A DNA stretch of 64,000 nt from Lama glama (lineage: Eukaryota), in the NCBI GenBank assembly GCA_028534125.1, contig CM052816.1, positions 53,756,001 to 53,820,000 of the forward strand, read 5' to 3'. Both the position numbers and the translations under genes were made by a program. Positions 52,401 through 64,000 of this stretch are shown here, one piece after another; position 1 is the stretch's first letter, and the number at the start of each line of letters is the position of its first letter. A model generated the notes under the pieces. It was given only the letters and a program-made list of their open reading frames with translations, ran no database searches and was not told where the DNA came from.

Positions 52401-53976
52401 GCTTTGATTCGGTATGCAAGGCTTTTTCAGTTCAGCAGAGATGACCATTATCTGTTGCTAATGTTGTATTTCAGTCACTGGTTATTTGCTGTTCTCAGAA
52501 AGTCAATGAAATTCTGTCCTTTTGAGAGCCTTTTTTCTTTTTGTTTTAGGCTTCTAATAAGAGATTATGCCACTTTTCACATGCAGCTCTGTCCCTTGTT
52601 GTAGGTGACCTGATGTGTATTTAATAGATACTGTTACACACTCTTAGCTGTGAAGTAGAAAATAAGGCATATAGACTCGCCTCCAGCTTTAACTTTGTCT
52701 TGATTTGCTAGGTTTCTAATTTTTCAGGTGGGGAGGTTACAGTTCCATAAAGACAGTCATGCACCATTGTAGCTTATAGGAAGCTACACCCATTGTGCTC
52801 AGCATAGCATTTTGATAAGTTGCATGGTGATAACCTCTTTCTGTTATATGTTCTTTCTTCACAGGAATGATACTCTAGTTGAGATGACATAATCATTTGG
52901 AATCTGTTTTTGTTACTTGCAGCTTTTACATTTCATCTTAGTAAACACTAACATTTATTTATTTTTTCCCAGACCTAAAAATTGTTATTTATTTCAGGTA
53001 TGGAGAGAGGGGCAAATATTGTTTGTTTTGTTTTTAAATAACTAATGAAAATTAAAACCCATCTAGATGATTTGGAGTTTTCAGTGGCAGAAATAATTAT
53101 TTTGAGGAAGAAAACCAGTACTGATGTTTTTAGTTAGTGTTTTAATGTATATTATTGTATGATCCTTGAAAATATATTTTATGAGTATTGGCATAAGGGA
53201 AAAAACAAGCAAGGCTTAAAGTCACTAAAACGTTACCTGACATATTACTTAATGCATTGCTCTTGTTCATGTATTGCACTGTTGCAAGAGCTCTAACACC
53301 ATGTAGACTTTAAAAGATGGTAATGTACCTTTTGTTTTAGTAATACCTTTCTGTAGTGAGAGGAATACTTCACAAATGTCTGTAGTAATTCCCATTAACA
53401 AGAAGATACAAATTCCACTGGTAGGTTACAAGTTATCTGAAGGCAGGGACTTTGTCTTGACTGTGTTACTTCCATTGCTTAACACAGAATCTGATACCTA
53501 TTAAAGATTCTATACATACCTATTGAATGAATGAGTGATTGAATAAATGAACAGAAACGCTTTGGCAAAAACTAAATTTTGGCCTTTGATTTGGGAAAGT
53601 TTAATGTAAAAATATATGGATTATAAAGATTAGTAACCGTGACCCAAATACATCTATTTAATGTCCTCATCTTTGTTGGTTTTTGTTTATACTACTACTC
53701 AGTATTACACCTTATTTATTTATTTATTTTTTTAAGATTACACATCTTTTCTGAATCTCTAACCAAACTGTGAATATCTCAGGCTTAGGAATCTAGTCCG
53801 TGGGCATCCGTGTTTCAAAAATATAGTAGATTGAATAAGCAAATCTAAGGTAGAGGAAGCCCTAATTATGTGCAGATATATTTGAAATACTTATTCTCCC
53901 CAAAGGAAGAACAAAAGAAAGTGATTTCTTTTCAACCCTAAAGAGCAAGAGCCGAAAAATGTCATTTCTAGGTTTT

Positions 53977-54109
53977 TGGAGGGGGAGGTGTTAGGGGGAG
54001 GTAGTTAGGTTTATTTATTTATCTGTCTTTAGAGGAGGTACTGGGGATTGAACCCAGGGCCTCGTGCGTGCTAAGTATGCACTTTACCACTTTAGCTGTA
54101 CCCTCCCCC
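53977..54109 (-). mobile_element. tRNA-derived SINE (Vic-1-like)
   Basis: Same family; TSD gtcattt(c/a)taggtttt at 53961-53976 and 54110-54125. Confidence 0.9.
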
Positions 54110-54676
54110 GTCATTTATAGGTTTTAATGAATAGCTCTGGCAAAAGAAGTCTAATGCAACCCAGTGTTGAAACATAAAGCACCTAGTACAATGCCTGTCA
54201 TAAACTACATCCAGAAAGGCTAATCAGTCACAAGTCTGTTGACAGTTTCAGAGCTAAGCATGTATTGTTTGAGCATTTCTTTTTCCTAAATCAACTTGTT
54301 TAAAAATTATTTTTGAGAATGTTCGTACACTTCCTACTGAAGAGCCACATTAGATTTATATGTTATCAAAAATTGTCAGGTTATAAAATCATTACTTACT
54401 GTTAAATTTTTTCTGAAAATCCTTTATAACCTCTAAATAAGAAAATATTTAAATATAAAAGTTTGCATGGTGGAGAAGAAATACTGTATGCCAACTGAAA
54501 TAAAAATTTTGATTCAAAAAAACATTTCACATAACCATAGAGAAGCTTAATTTGATTTTTTTTTTCTTGGAAGACTAAACAAAGGAAGAATGTTTGTTTT
54601 GAAATGTTAAAGACTACTTCATAGATTTTTTTTTAAACTAGAACATTCAATAAAGGAATTATTTCTTGTTTCACAG

Positions 54677-54749
54677 GGGAAAGAAAAAAAAACAAAGCAA
54701 GATAGAAATCCTCTTACCAAAGATGTTTCCCTTCTAGATCTGGATGATT
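54677..54749 (+). CDS. AP3B1: AP3B1 exon (~21), GKEKKTKQDRNPLTKDVSLLDLDD(F); clathrin box LLDLD at 54731-54745
   Basis: tcacag / gtaagt; 73 nt. Confidence 0.96.
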
Positions 54750-55603
54750 GTAAGTATTGAAATTTACATTCTCTTCCATGCTTAGTAGTAATAGTTTTTA
54801 TTTTTATAGTAACTTTCATTTATATGTCTCAAAATAAATCAACATCTGTTATGAGAGATTTATAGATGAATAGCAAAGATTTTAAAAATCAGTCCAGTTA
54901 GTATTTTTTCCCATCCATTCAGCATATCAGTTTTGTATCACCTGAATAAATGTAATTGGTCAAACAAAAGTGCAGCAAATTCATTTTAAGATCTTTTGCT
55001 TCAGTAACTTATGCTTGCTTTAGTGAATAATTATCCATATCTCACAACTTGCACATTGTTAAATGTTGTTTATGGGGATGGAGACATCTAACTTAGGGAA
55101 GCAGGGAGTTAGGAAAGTAATTGGAAATGTAAAGGACGCCACCGTCTTCCACTTGCCACACTTGTGGTGGGAGCATAAATGAGTATGCGCCTTTTGGAGA
55201 ACAGTGTGGCTTCTACCTGTCAGTATTTTACTGCAAAAAATCCTTGTCCCAGCAAATCTACTTCTGAGAACTTAGAATCCTACAAATACACCCAGTGTGC
55301 GAAGATGTATATTCATTTCCCTTTAAATTCTCCTGCCTTGTGAGAAAGAAATAGTAGAAGTCACTTTGTTGTTAAGTTGATTTTTCACTAGAGGAAGAGT
55401 AACAAGTGAGATTTCTGAATATTAAACCACTGTCATTTTGCAGTAGAGTTTTCCCATGCTAGAGGTGAGTTACGTTTTTAGGTTGTCTCACTCTGTCATA
55501 GAGCCGTTCTGTTTATGTTGTTTATCTGGCCTGTTTCCAATAGTCATGGCAAATTCTTACTGTAGAGAAATAGTTTTAAATTTCTCTTAAGTATTACTCT
55601 GTA

Positions 55604-55680
55604 TTTGAATAATTTTTCACCTGTTGGCAAAGATTTTAAAGTTTGCATCATTTTTCACCTCTTGGCTAAGATTTTTAAAG
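55604..55680. repeat. Two-copy 38/39-bp tandem duplication
   Basis: tttgaataatttttcacctgttggcaaagattttaaag vs tttgcatcatttttcacctcttggctaagatttttaaag. Confidence 0.85.
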
Positions 55681-55909
55681 CAGCATCCAGTACTGTTAAG
55701 GTTTGGAGAAACAGGCACCCTACGTGTGTTTCTCATAGGCGTATAACTAGGTGCAGCTTTTTGAGGTCATTTGAGTAATATCTATCAAAACTTAAACTCT
55801 GCACACCTTTTGATCTAACAATTCTTTCCTAGGAATTTATCCTACAGATACACTAGCAAATCAGATCTTATTCCATCTTGGTTTTAGACTCTTCAATTTA
55901 ATGGCTTGC

Positions 55910-56330
55910 TTTTTTTTTTAATTCATCAATGGACATTTGTGTTGCTTCCACCTTTTGACTATTGTGAATAGTGCTGCTATGAACATACATGTACATGTAT
56001 TTGGTTTTGATTCTTTTGGCTATTTACCTAGGAATAGAATTGCTGAATCTTTTGGTAATTCTATGTTTAGGTTTTTGAGGAATTACCAAACTGTTTCTAC
56101 AGCAGCTGAATCATTTCACATTCCCACTAGCAACTCACAAAGGTTCCAGTTTCTCCACCCTCACTAACACTTGTTATTTTTCATTTGTTCTATTATGGGC
56201 ATCCTATTGGTTTGGAAGTGGTATCTCATTCTGGTTTTTATTTCAATTTCCCAGATGTCTGATGACATTGAGCATCTTTTCATGGACTTGTTGGTCATTT
56301 GCATGTCTAGTCAAGTTTTGCCCATTTATT
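55910..56330 (-). mobile_element. Older L1 (L1M) ORF2-end fragment with adjacent T10 run
   Basis: ggacatttgtgttgcttccacc...gtgaatagtgctgctatgaacat; gives L1-antisense ORFs 55937-56491. Confidence 0.85.
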
Positions 56331-56728
56331 CTTTAATTTTTTTATTGAAATATAGTCAGTTTACAATGTGCCAATTTCTAATGTACAGCATAATGTTTTA
56401 CTCATATGTATACACACATATATTCCTTTTCATATTCTTTTTCATTATGGATTACCACAAGATATTGAATATAGTTCCCTATATTCAGTAGAAATACAGT
56501 AGAAGCTTGTTGTTTATCTATTTTATATATAATAGTATCTGTAAATCTCAAACTCCCAATTTATCCCTTCCCACCTCTGTCCCCCCTGGTAACTATAAGT
56601 CTGTTTCTGTTTTGTAAATAAGTTCATTTGTATCATTTTTTTAGATTTTACATATAAGTGATATCATATAGTATTTTTCTTTCTCTTTCTGGCTTACTTT
56701 ACTTACAATGACAATCTCCAGGTCCATC
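56331..56728 (-). mobile_element. Younger L1 3' UTR (cetartiodactyl-type), 5'-truncated
   Basis: ttttattgaaatatagtcagtttacaatg...ctccaggtccatc. Confidence 0.85.
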
Positions 56729-56744
56729 TGTAAAATTAATGGCT

Positions 56745-57146
56745 CAATTTTACACTTAGATTGAAGTCCATATTCCTAGGTTTCTAAGACCTTAGATAAT
56801 CTGACCCCTGCCTACCTCTTATCTGCACTGTTCCTTTGTATTTCTGAAATATACCAGGCTCATTCCTGCCAGGGGCCTTTGTTCTGCTATTTCTGGTGCT
56901 GAGAACTCTTCTTCCACATCTTCTGATGACAGGCTTCTTACCTTTCAGATCTCAGCTCAAAAGTCACCTTCTCTTACACACCTTCTCTAATCACTCTTGA
57001 TTGTCTTCATGGCACTTTTCACCATCTGAAATTATCTTAATTATTTTTATTACCTGTTTATTGTCTGTCTTGCTCACTGCTATTCCTAGTACCTACAAGA
57101 ACACTTGGCAGATAGTGGGTACCCAATAAATATTTGTTGAATTAAT
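56745..57146 (+). mobile_element. L2 3' end (5' piece at ~55859-55906), itself nested in an old L1ME (~55680-55858, ~57147-57540)
   Basis: gataatctgacccctgcctacctc...caataaatatttgttgaatt. Confidence 0.75.
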
Positions 57147-59374
57147 AAAATGTGTGAAGGTATATACAGAAATTTCATTACAGCATTATTTATGACAGCA
57201 AAATCCTAAAACAAACAAAATGCCTACCAACAGTATAATATAACCATTAACAAAAATGAGGCAAATCTTTATTTGCTAATTATGTTACTATATATACTGA
57301 AACATTGTAAGTAAAAAAAGTTAAAAAGACGTGTAGAGTAGGATTCTACTTACGTAAAAAACAAATGAAAGAGGAACTATATCCTGCACAGAAACGCAAA
57401 CATGATTTTTCATAATTTCTGGAAGGCTGCAGATGAAACACTCAACAGTGTTAGCTCCAGCCCCTTGGGGATATAAGACTAAACTAGGAACAGAGGAGAG
57501 AAAAAGACTTTTACTTTGTATCTTTCTGTGACAATGACTGTCTCACATAACAGCAGGTTAAAGTTTTAAGTTTTAAATTGTGAAAGAACAACAGTTGAGC
57601 ATATTTAAAAAGAAATTAAAAGTAAATGTTACAAGGTACTAGAGTGCACTAATTCATTTTCTCCTTGTATTTGACTAGACTTCCTGGCAGCTAAGGAAAA
57701 AACAGAAACCTGTGAAATTTTTATTATTTGATTCTTTTTTAAAAGCTTATATATGTATGTATATATATAGAAACAAAGGTTTTCTTAAATAATGAAGTTT
57801 TAAGAATTTAAATGTACGTTTTTTTAATTTTAAAGGAAATTTTATCCCAACTTATATTTATTTTAACTCAATGTAGAATATATTTCTGTTTGCTTTTAGT
57901 ATACCCAAGAACTATTTATTTAAAAATCTTTAATAATCTTGCATTTGTCAGAAATAATACTTGAAACTTTTTTTTTTCCCTGTCAATTTAGCAAATATTT
58001 GTGGATTGTCTGATGAGTGCAAGGTCCTTTGCTGGGTGCTGGAATAGATAAATAGAATTTAATCATTCTCTTCCAGAGACTAGAATCTAGTCAGAGACAT
58101 AGATGCCTGAAACATAGAAGAGAAATAAAGTGCAAAGTACAGTGAAAAATGAAGAAGGAGACAAGCTACAAAGGCCATGTGGAAGAATCTTAAAGAGTGT
58201 TATGGAAGAAAAGCATTGCTGATAGTGGTTCTGAAAATACCAACTTTGTTACATGCTGCTTATTCACCTACAGTACTTCTCCAATGTCCATGGCAAGCAG
58301 TATGTTGATCAAAAACTTAAAAAATTGCTGTCCAGTGACTTGAGTCCTCAGCTGTGAGAATTAGATTAACTTTGAAGGAGGGGCAGACACACTCCTTACG
58401 TTTTATGTAAGAGGCACATCATAATCCACAGTGATGAGTTGTTCATTACATACTGTGTACCACGCAAACTGCAAGCCCTGAATTTATCTGGGTACTCTTT
58501 CAGAAAAAATTTATTGAACACTTGCTGTGATCTAAGTAGTCTGCTGTGTGCTAGAGATTCTAAAGAGAGACAGTATTATCCCTACCCAGGGATCTCTCCA
58601 GATGTAACTGGAGAAACAAGTAAGTCAGCAATTAGATTGCCATATTATAAATGAAATATGAAAGAGATACGCACAGGATGCTGTTAAGTGTTGGGGTACC
58701 TAGCCCACCTAGCAGTACCAGGATGTAACAGCTGAGCTGAATATAAGTAAGAATTAGGCAGGCAGTTGGAGGAGAAGAGAGGAGGAGAAAAAGGCATGGA
58801 GTAGGGAAAGAGCTTGCCACTACCTGAGATAATGGTCGTCTGTCTCTAAGAAAGCAGTATAGTCAGTCACCCTGCATCTGTTGAGGGGATGTTATCAGAA
58901 GCACAGGCGTTAATCCTGGTCATCTGTTAAGTGAGTTAATTTCTTTGCCTGATTTTATTTATTTGTAAAATGAACAAAGAATGGCTGAAAAATTTCAGCA
59001 GATACTCTAGATTATGAAATTATATGACTATGTCATGGGGTCTGTAGATAATACATTCAGAAATATTTATGCTAGGAGATGTGTGGCCTAACAATAGTTT
59101 AGGCTTAGTAGGAGAAATATGCTTTTTTTCCCAGACGGATTTTGTATTTCTGGAAGTTAAAATATCTTTTAGGACCCCCATTCCATGTGGTCTCAACAGG
59201 ATGGTCCTGAAGCAGCATTATATTCCGGTGTCCTTTTATAAGAAATGTAAACCTATGTGATTACACTATCAGTACAACTAACTGTGAAGTCTGTTTTAAA
59301 TTTTTATCAACCAACAGTAATCATGCTGCAGAGAAGCCTTATCATCTGTGACATCATATTGTTGAATAAATTGT

Positions 59375-59630
59375 GGTAGAGGCAGTAGAGTGACATGGCC
59401 AAGAGGACGATGGAGCTAGACTGAGTTTGAATTCCAGTCCTGTTACTTACTAGCTGTGTAACCTTGGGCAAGTTACTTAATCTCTGTGCTTCAGTTGCTT
59501 GATCTATAAAATTGGCATAATAGGAATACTTTTTAGAGTATTAAGAGGATTGAATGAGTTGATCAATGTAAAAGCACTTAAAACGGTGCGTGACACATGC
59601 TGAGCGTTAGATGAGGGTGAGCTGTGTTAG
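59375..59630 (+). mobile_element. MIR
   Basis: tagctgtgtaaccttgggcaagttacttaatctctgtgcttcagtt. Confidence 0.85.
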
Positions 59631-59799
59631 CAGTGGTGACGGTGATGAGGCAGCTGCAGCAAATTACATTTAAAAAGTCAAATAACTTCAGATTAAACTA
59701 TCAGAGTAAAAGTTTTACTTAGATTTTAAAGCATAACTTTGATCCGAACACTTGTCTAATTACTTTATTAATTATACTTTAATAAAGAAAAAAATGTTT

Positions 59800-60350
59800 T
59801 GTGGAAAGTTTTAAAAAGAAAAAAATGGGTTAGCATTCTGACATTTCCGGTCAGATTCTTTTCGTATGCAAATCCCTTTCCCTCCAAATTGGATCGTACT
59901 GAGATACCGCTTTACCGTTTCTTTCTCTGTTTACCGTACACATTCCTTTTCTTGCCACAAATATTCTTTAACAACTTCATTTTTAATGACTGCATGGTTG
60001 TCCTTTATATTGTAATAAATTCTCTTTAACAGGTTTACTGTTGTTGGAAATTAAACGTGTTTCCATTTTTTTGCTATCATAATCAGTGCAGAAATACACA
60101 TCTTCCTAAGTATATTATTGCATTATATCCATGACTACATCCTTAAGATAAACTCCCAGGAGTAGAATTGCCGGACAATGGCTTTAAAGAATTCTGTTGC
60201 CTAAAATTGCCTTCCATGAAGTTTGTGCTGACTTGCACAGTATTACTAGGAAAGTGCCAGGTTCCTTTTACCCTTACCAATGCTGGATTTTGTATTTAAA
60301 AATTGCCTTTGCCAATTTGATAGGTAGAAATGGTATCTCATTTTAATTTG
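59800..60350 (-). mobile_element. Old L1ME fragment
   Basis: gtttccattttttgctatcataat...ggtatctcattttaatttg. Confidence 0.6.
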
Positions 60351-62213
60351 TATGCCCTGTTTTTTGTTTTTTGTTTTTCTTTAACTACATAGTCATTTTG
60401 TTTCTTACACATTTATTAAATGCTTCACCATAGTCAACTGGCTGCAGAATCCAATTTAGGATAAACCTCAGTGCCAGCTTTCATCCTGGCAGACCTATAA
60501 ACAGATGTGCAATCATTTCTTTAATGCCAGAGCCTCTGTCTTCTGAGATGGTACTAAAAGCTAATCTTTTTTTTTTTTTTTTTTGAGTCAGGCTTCCCTG
60601 TGGTGTGAATTTTCTTCTCTTTGTCTTTAGCCAAGCCATAGTTGAAGTCAGAGACTCTTTCTTACTCAATTTTTATTCATTACGTGGGCATCTAATATTT
60701 GGATGGGTGGATGAATAGACAAACAGATGAACATGCATTTAGAAGCCGTCAAAAAAGTTACATTTGCATGGAAAGGCAACATTCTTTGATTCAAATTAGA
60801 AGACCAATGTCTTGTCCTCAAGTGGTTCTACCATTCACTTGTTTTTTGATCTTGGCAAGTCTTCATCTCCCTGTGCCTCAGTTTACAATGTCTTTAATAT
60901 GAATGTCCTTTCTGCCTTCTCACCACCATTATCTTGCTTCAGTCCTTTTCACATCATGCCTAACCTATTGTAAATTCTTCCTCTTTGCCAACCTGACTGC
61001 TCTTTATAATTCTTAGTCTGTCTCTTACATTTACCATTGGACTAATCAAACAGTAGTACCATATGTCACATCATTCCTCTCTTTGGTAGATTCTTAACAG
61101 TTCTCCTTGGTGTATACGATAAACCCAGCCCCCTTAGCTTTACCATTTCCCACCTCTCAGCCTTTGTTTACATGATCTCATTCAGTAGCTGACCAGCTTC
61201 TTCCTTTCCTCTTATTCACATCCTACCCTCACTTAAAACCTGGGCTTCATTACCTCCTATTCATGAAGCCGTTTCTTAACCACTGTATCCCCACTGATCC
61301 TTTTTTTCCCTAATTCCCTGTGACACTTGCTAACTGTACAGTGGTTTTCCACATAGGTCTGAGGAAGCTGGGGATTCATAGCAGGGCTTCACACTAAGAG
61401 CTCATGAAATCGAGTGCCAGGAAGGAACCGCAGGCTCCACTTCCTCCTCCATCCAGTCTCTATTCTGCTTTTTCTATGCGTATGTTGAGATCTTATTCAA
61501 GATTTCCTTTGAAAATTTTCTTCTTTTGGTAGTATCATTTATGGACTGTATTGTTACGTTTTTTTCTTCAAGCATGTATATCTTTTTTTCTCAATTAAAT
61601 TTTAAGTTACTTGAAGACAGAGACTATATATTTAACTTCTTTGTCTCTCCCTTGCTCTCTCGTTCAAGAAGTATTTATTGCTAATTTTATGAATTAATAT
61701 TTGTTGTGCCTAACTTACAAGAAAAAGAGAAAAAGATACTTTGATGTGTGATGTCAAATGAAGTAAATGTTGCTTCCTGTCTAGTATTGCTTTGGAGTGA
61801 GAATTTGTTGGAAGCTAAAACTTTTTCCGCATTTTAATTTATTTCATTCAACAAACAGCTTAGCAGTTTCTAAGCACTAAAATTTAACTCATCAAAGTCT
61901 GCTCACACAGACCAGTGGAAATAAAAACGTAAAGACACAAATTTGTATTCTGAGAGAAGTACGGTTGTAGAAGTGTGTCCAGGTGTACGTGTGGGACAGA
62001 GGGGGCACATGGAAGCTGTGTTTAGGTGAGTCAGGTTGTGCTCTCTGTCTGAGTGGCGTCTTATTGTAGAGGCTGCAAGGTGAGCAAGGCAAAGAAGTAC
62101 GTTCTAGGCAAAGCGAATAGAGTATACAAAGCTCAAAGACATGGGTCAAGATCTTGGGAACTTAGTAGAGCTAGAACATAGGACTGGCTGATGAAATTGG
62201 AGATAAGCTAGAC

Positions 62214-62406
62214 CTGGTCAATATGGTTGCCACTGGCCACACGTACCTATTTAAATTTAAATTAATTAAAATTTAAAATGTAGTTGTTTGGTCCTAGTAG
62301 CCCCATTTCGAGAGCACATTAGGCATATGTGCTAGTGGCCATCATTTTGGACATTACAGCTAAAGAACATTCCCATCATCACAGAAAGTTCTGTTGGACA
62401 GTGCTG
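62214..62406. mobile_element. MER3-like hAT element inserted in an L2 (~61830-62530, -)
   Basis: agaacattcccatcatcacagaaagttctgttggacagtgctg; 8-bp TSD agctaga(c/a) at 62206-62213 and 62407-62414. Confidence 0.8.
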
Positions 62407-63089
62407 AGCTAGAACAGAGAGGCCCTTGAGCACTTAATTAAGGAGTTGGACTTCTATCTTGTAGGCAATTGTGGGCCTTTGAAGAGTCTTAAGCAAGAGA
62501 GAAATGCATTTGCATTTATAAAAGATTTTCAAATTTGGGGATATCTGATCTCAAGTACGTAAGAGATTTAAAATCAAACATTTCTATCTAGCACATAGCA
62601 TTTGCTGACAAAGTATAATTAGAAGAGAATTAGATAGCTGGGCCCCTATAATTATTACAGTATAGAGTAAAATAGGGAAAGGACTTAAACATCCTTATAA
62701 GACATAACTCAACTGGAGAAGTCTCTTGAAAGCTATTGTTATTATTTACATTAGTCAGAAAAAAATTTTCTCTACCTTTTTCTTTCAGTGAAGTTACTGG
62801 GTGATTAATGTTAGTGATAATGTTAAGTGATAAAAATTTTCAAAAACTATTACTCAAGATATTTGTATTCTTATTTTGTTATAGGATTTGCCATTATGTT
62901 TTGAAAGCTAAGACTAATAACTGCCATGACTTGATAATAACTTGACTAAATCAAGATGTTAAATAGAATTGTCATAGATTTATTAATCAAAATAGTTTAA
63001 TTAGATTTACCAGCAAAATAAAAATGTTGCTTTTAGTAATGTGAATTAAATTTTCATGCACATTTGCTAATATGGCCCTTTTCTTACAG

Positions 63090-63196
63090 TTAACCCAGTA
63101 TCCACCCCAGTTGTGCTTCCCACACCAGCTCTTTCTCCAAGCTTGATAGCAGATCTTGAAGGTTTAAACTTGTCAACTTCTTCATCAGTCATCAGC
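63090..63196 (+). CDS. AP3B1: AP3B1 exon (~22), NPVSTPVVLPTPALSPSLIADLEGLNLSTSSSVIS
   Basis: ttacag / gtaagt; 107 nt; gene continues beyond window. Confidence 0.96.
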
Positions 63197-64000
63197 GTAA
63201 GTAATTTTCGAAATACATTAGTTCAGTTTTCAAATGATGCCATTGCATCTTTCTTACTAAAACGCTAAGGACTGAAGCAGATTTTTGGTCTTGAACAGTT
63301 CTTCCTCTAACACATCCAGATCTGACCTTTTAATTTTGTAAATTTTTTTTTTAATTTGCTCTATCCAAACCATTATTGTCTCAATTTACTTCCTCTTGTT
63401 ATCCACATTTACTTCGCATGTGTACATTTTTCTCTGGTACTGTTGTATATCTCTGACATACAAGGGTTCTTTGCCCCATTGAGTTAGTTTATATACATAA
63501 ATTCTGCCATAAAGAATTGCTGTCTCCATTAATAGATTTTCATTCCCATAATCATTCTGTTCCTACTACGCTGTTTTTGGCTACTAAAAATTCCTGACTG
63601 TTTTCATTTGAAAATTCAAGATTGTATTTCTCTTTACATTATCTTCATACATTAATTTACATGCTTTGGTGTCTATAAAATTTTTTTATGTTATTTATGG
63701 GGTATGACTTGCAGTGAGGCAGGAGGCTTGCCTATCTCAAAATAATGCCAAAACCATCAGTCTGTCATAGCATCTGAAACTGCAATAACTTTTTCTGTGT
63801 TAGCATGTTATAGCCACTAACCTTTCACTCTAAATCAAGCACACTGCCTAAGATGTATAATCTGTTGATATGGTTGACCTCCTATTAATTTGTTGTCGGA
63901 ATCTGACAAGGAGATAGAACAGTAAGTTCTGATGAGCACATAGGTAGCTCGGATGGATCTGGTGTATCAGTGGTTCCCAGGGCTGGTAGGGCACTGCAGG

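Noticed and set aside
52865..52997. Possible cryptic exon (cacag ... cag/gtatgg)
   Set aside because: Intron-like T-rich body and no supporting features; such site pairs are common.
103..62149. Most ORFs in the supplied track
   Set aside because: Short, low-complexity, intronic or repeat-derived. Only those overlapping AP3B1 exons in frame (9460, 24926, 33148, 45594) reflect real coding sequence.

Overview
AT-rich mammalian genomic DNA lying entirely inside AP3B1 (AP-3 adaptor complex beta-3A subunit, the Hermansky-Pudlak type 2 gene) on the + strand. I can trace the last 8 nt of one exon plus 14 complete GT-AG coding exons (about exons 8-22 by human numbering, from memory). The 14 exons total 1623 nt (541 codons) and splice into one uninterrupted frame covering the trunk, the acidic Ser/Glu/Asp hinge and the LLDLD clathrin box. 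Three tRNA-derived SINEs resembling the camelid Vic-1 family suggest alpaca, llama or camel (inference). The introns hold the usual L1, L2, MIR, MaLR LTR and hAT/Tigger relics, and nearly all ORFs in the supplied track are spurious. I see no evidence of a new multi-gene system. Best second-look items: a tailless 5'-half tRNA-Gly(CCC) retroposon with a perfect 17-bp target-site duplication; a coding A9 tract matching the grey-collie mutation/transcriptional-slippage site; a candidate 14-nt frameshifting microexon; a possible L1 3' transduction; and several repeat-free, motif-dense intronic blocks that may be long-range enhancers (OTP neighbourhood in human).
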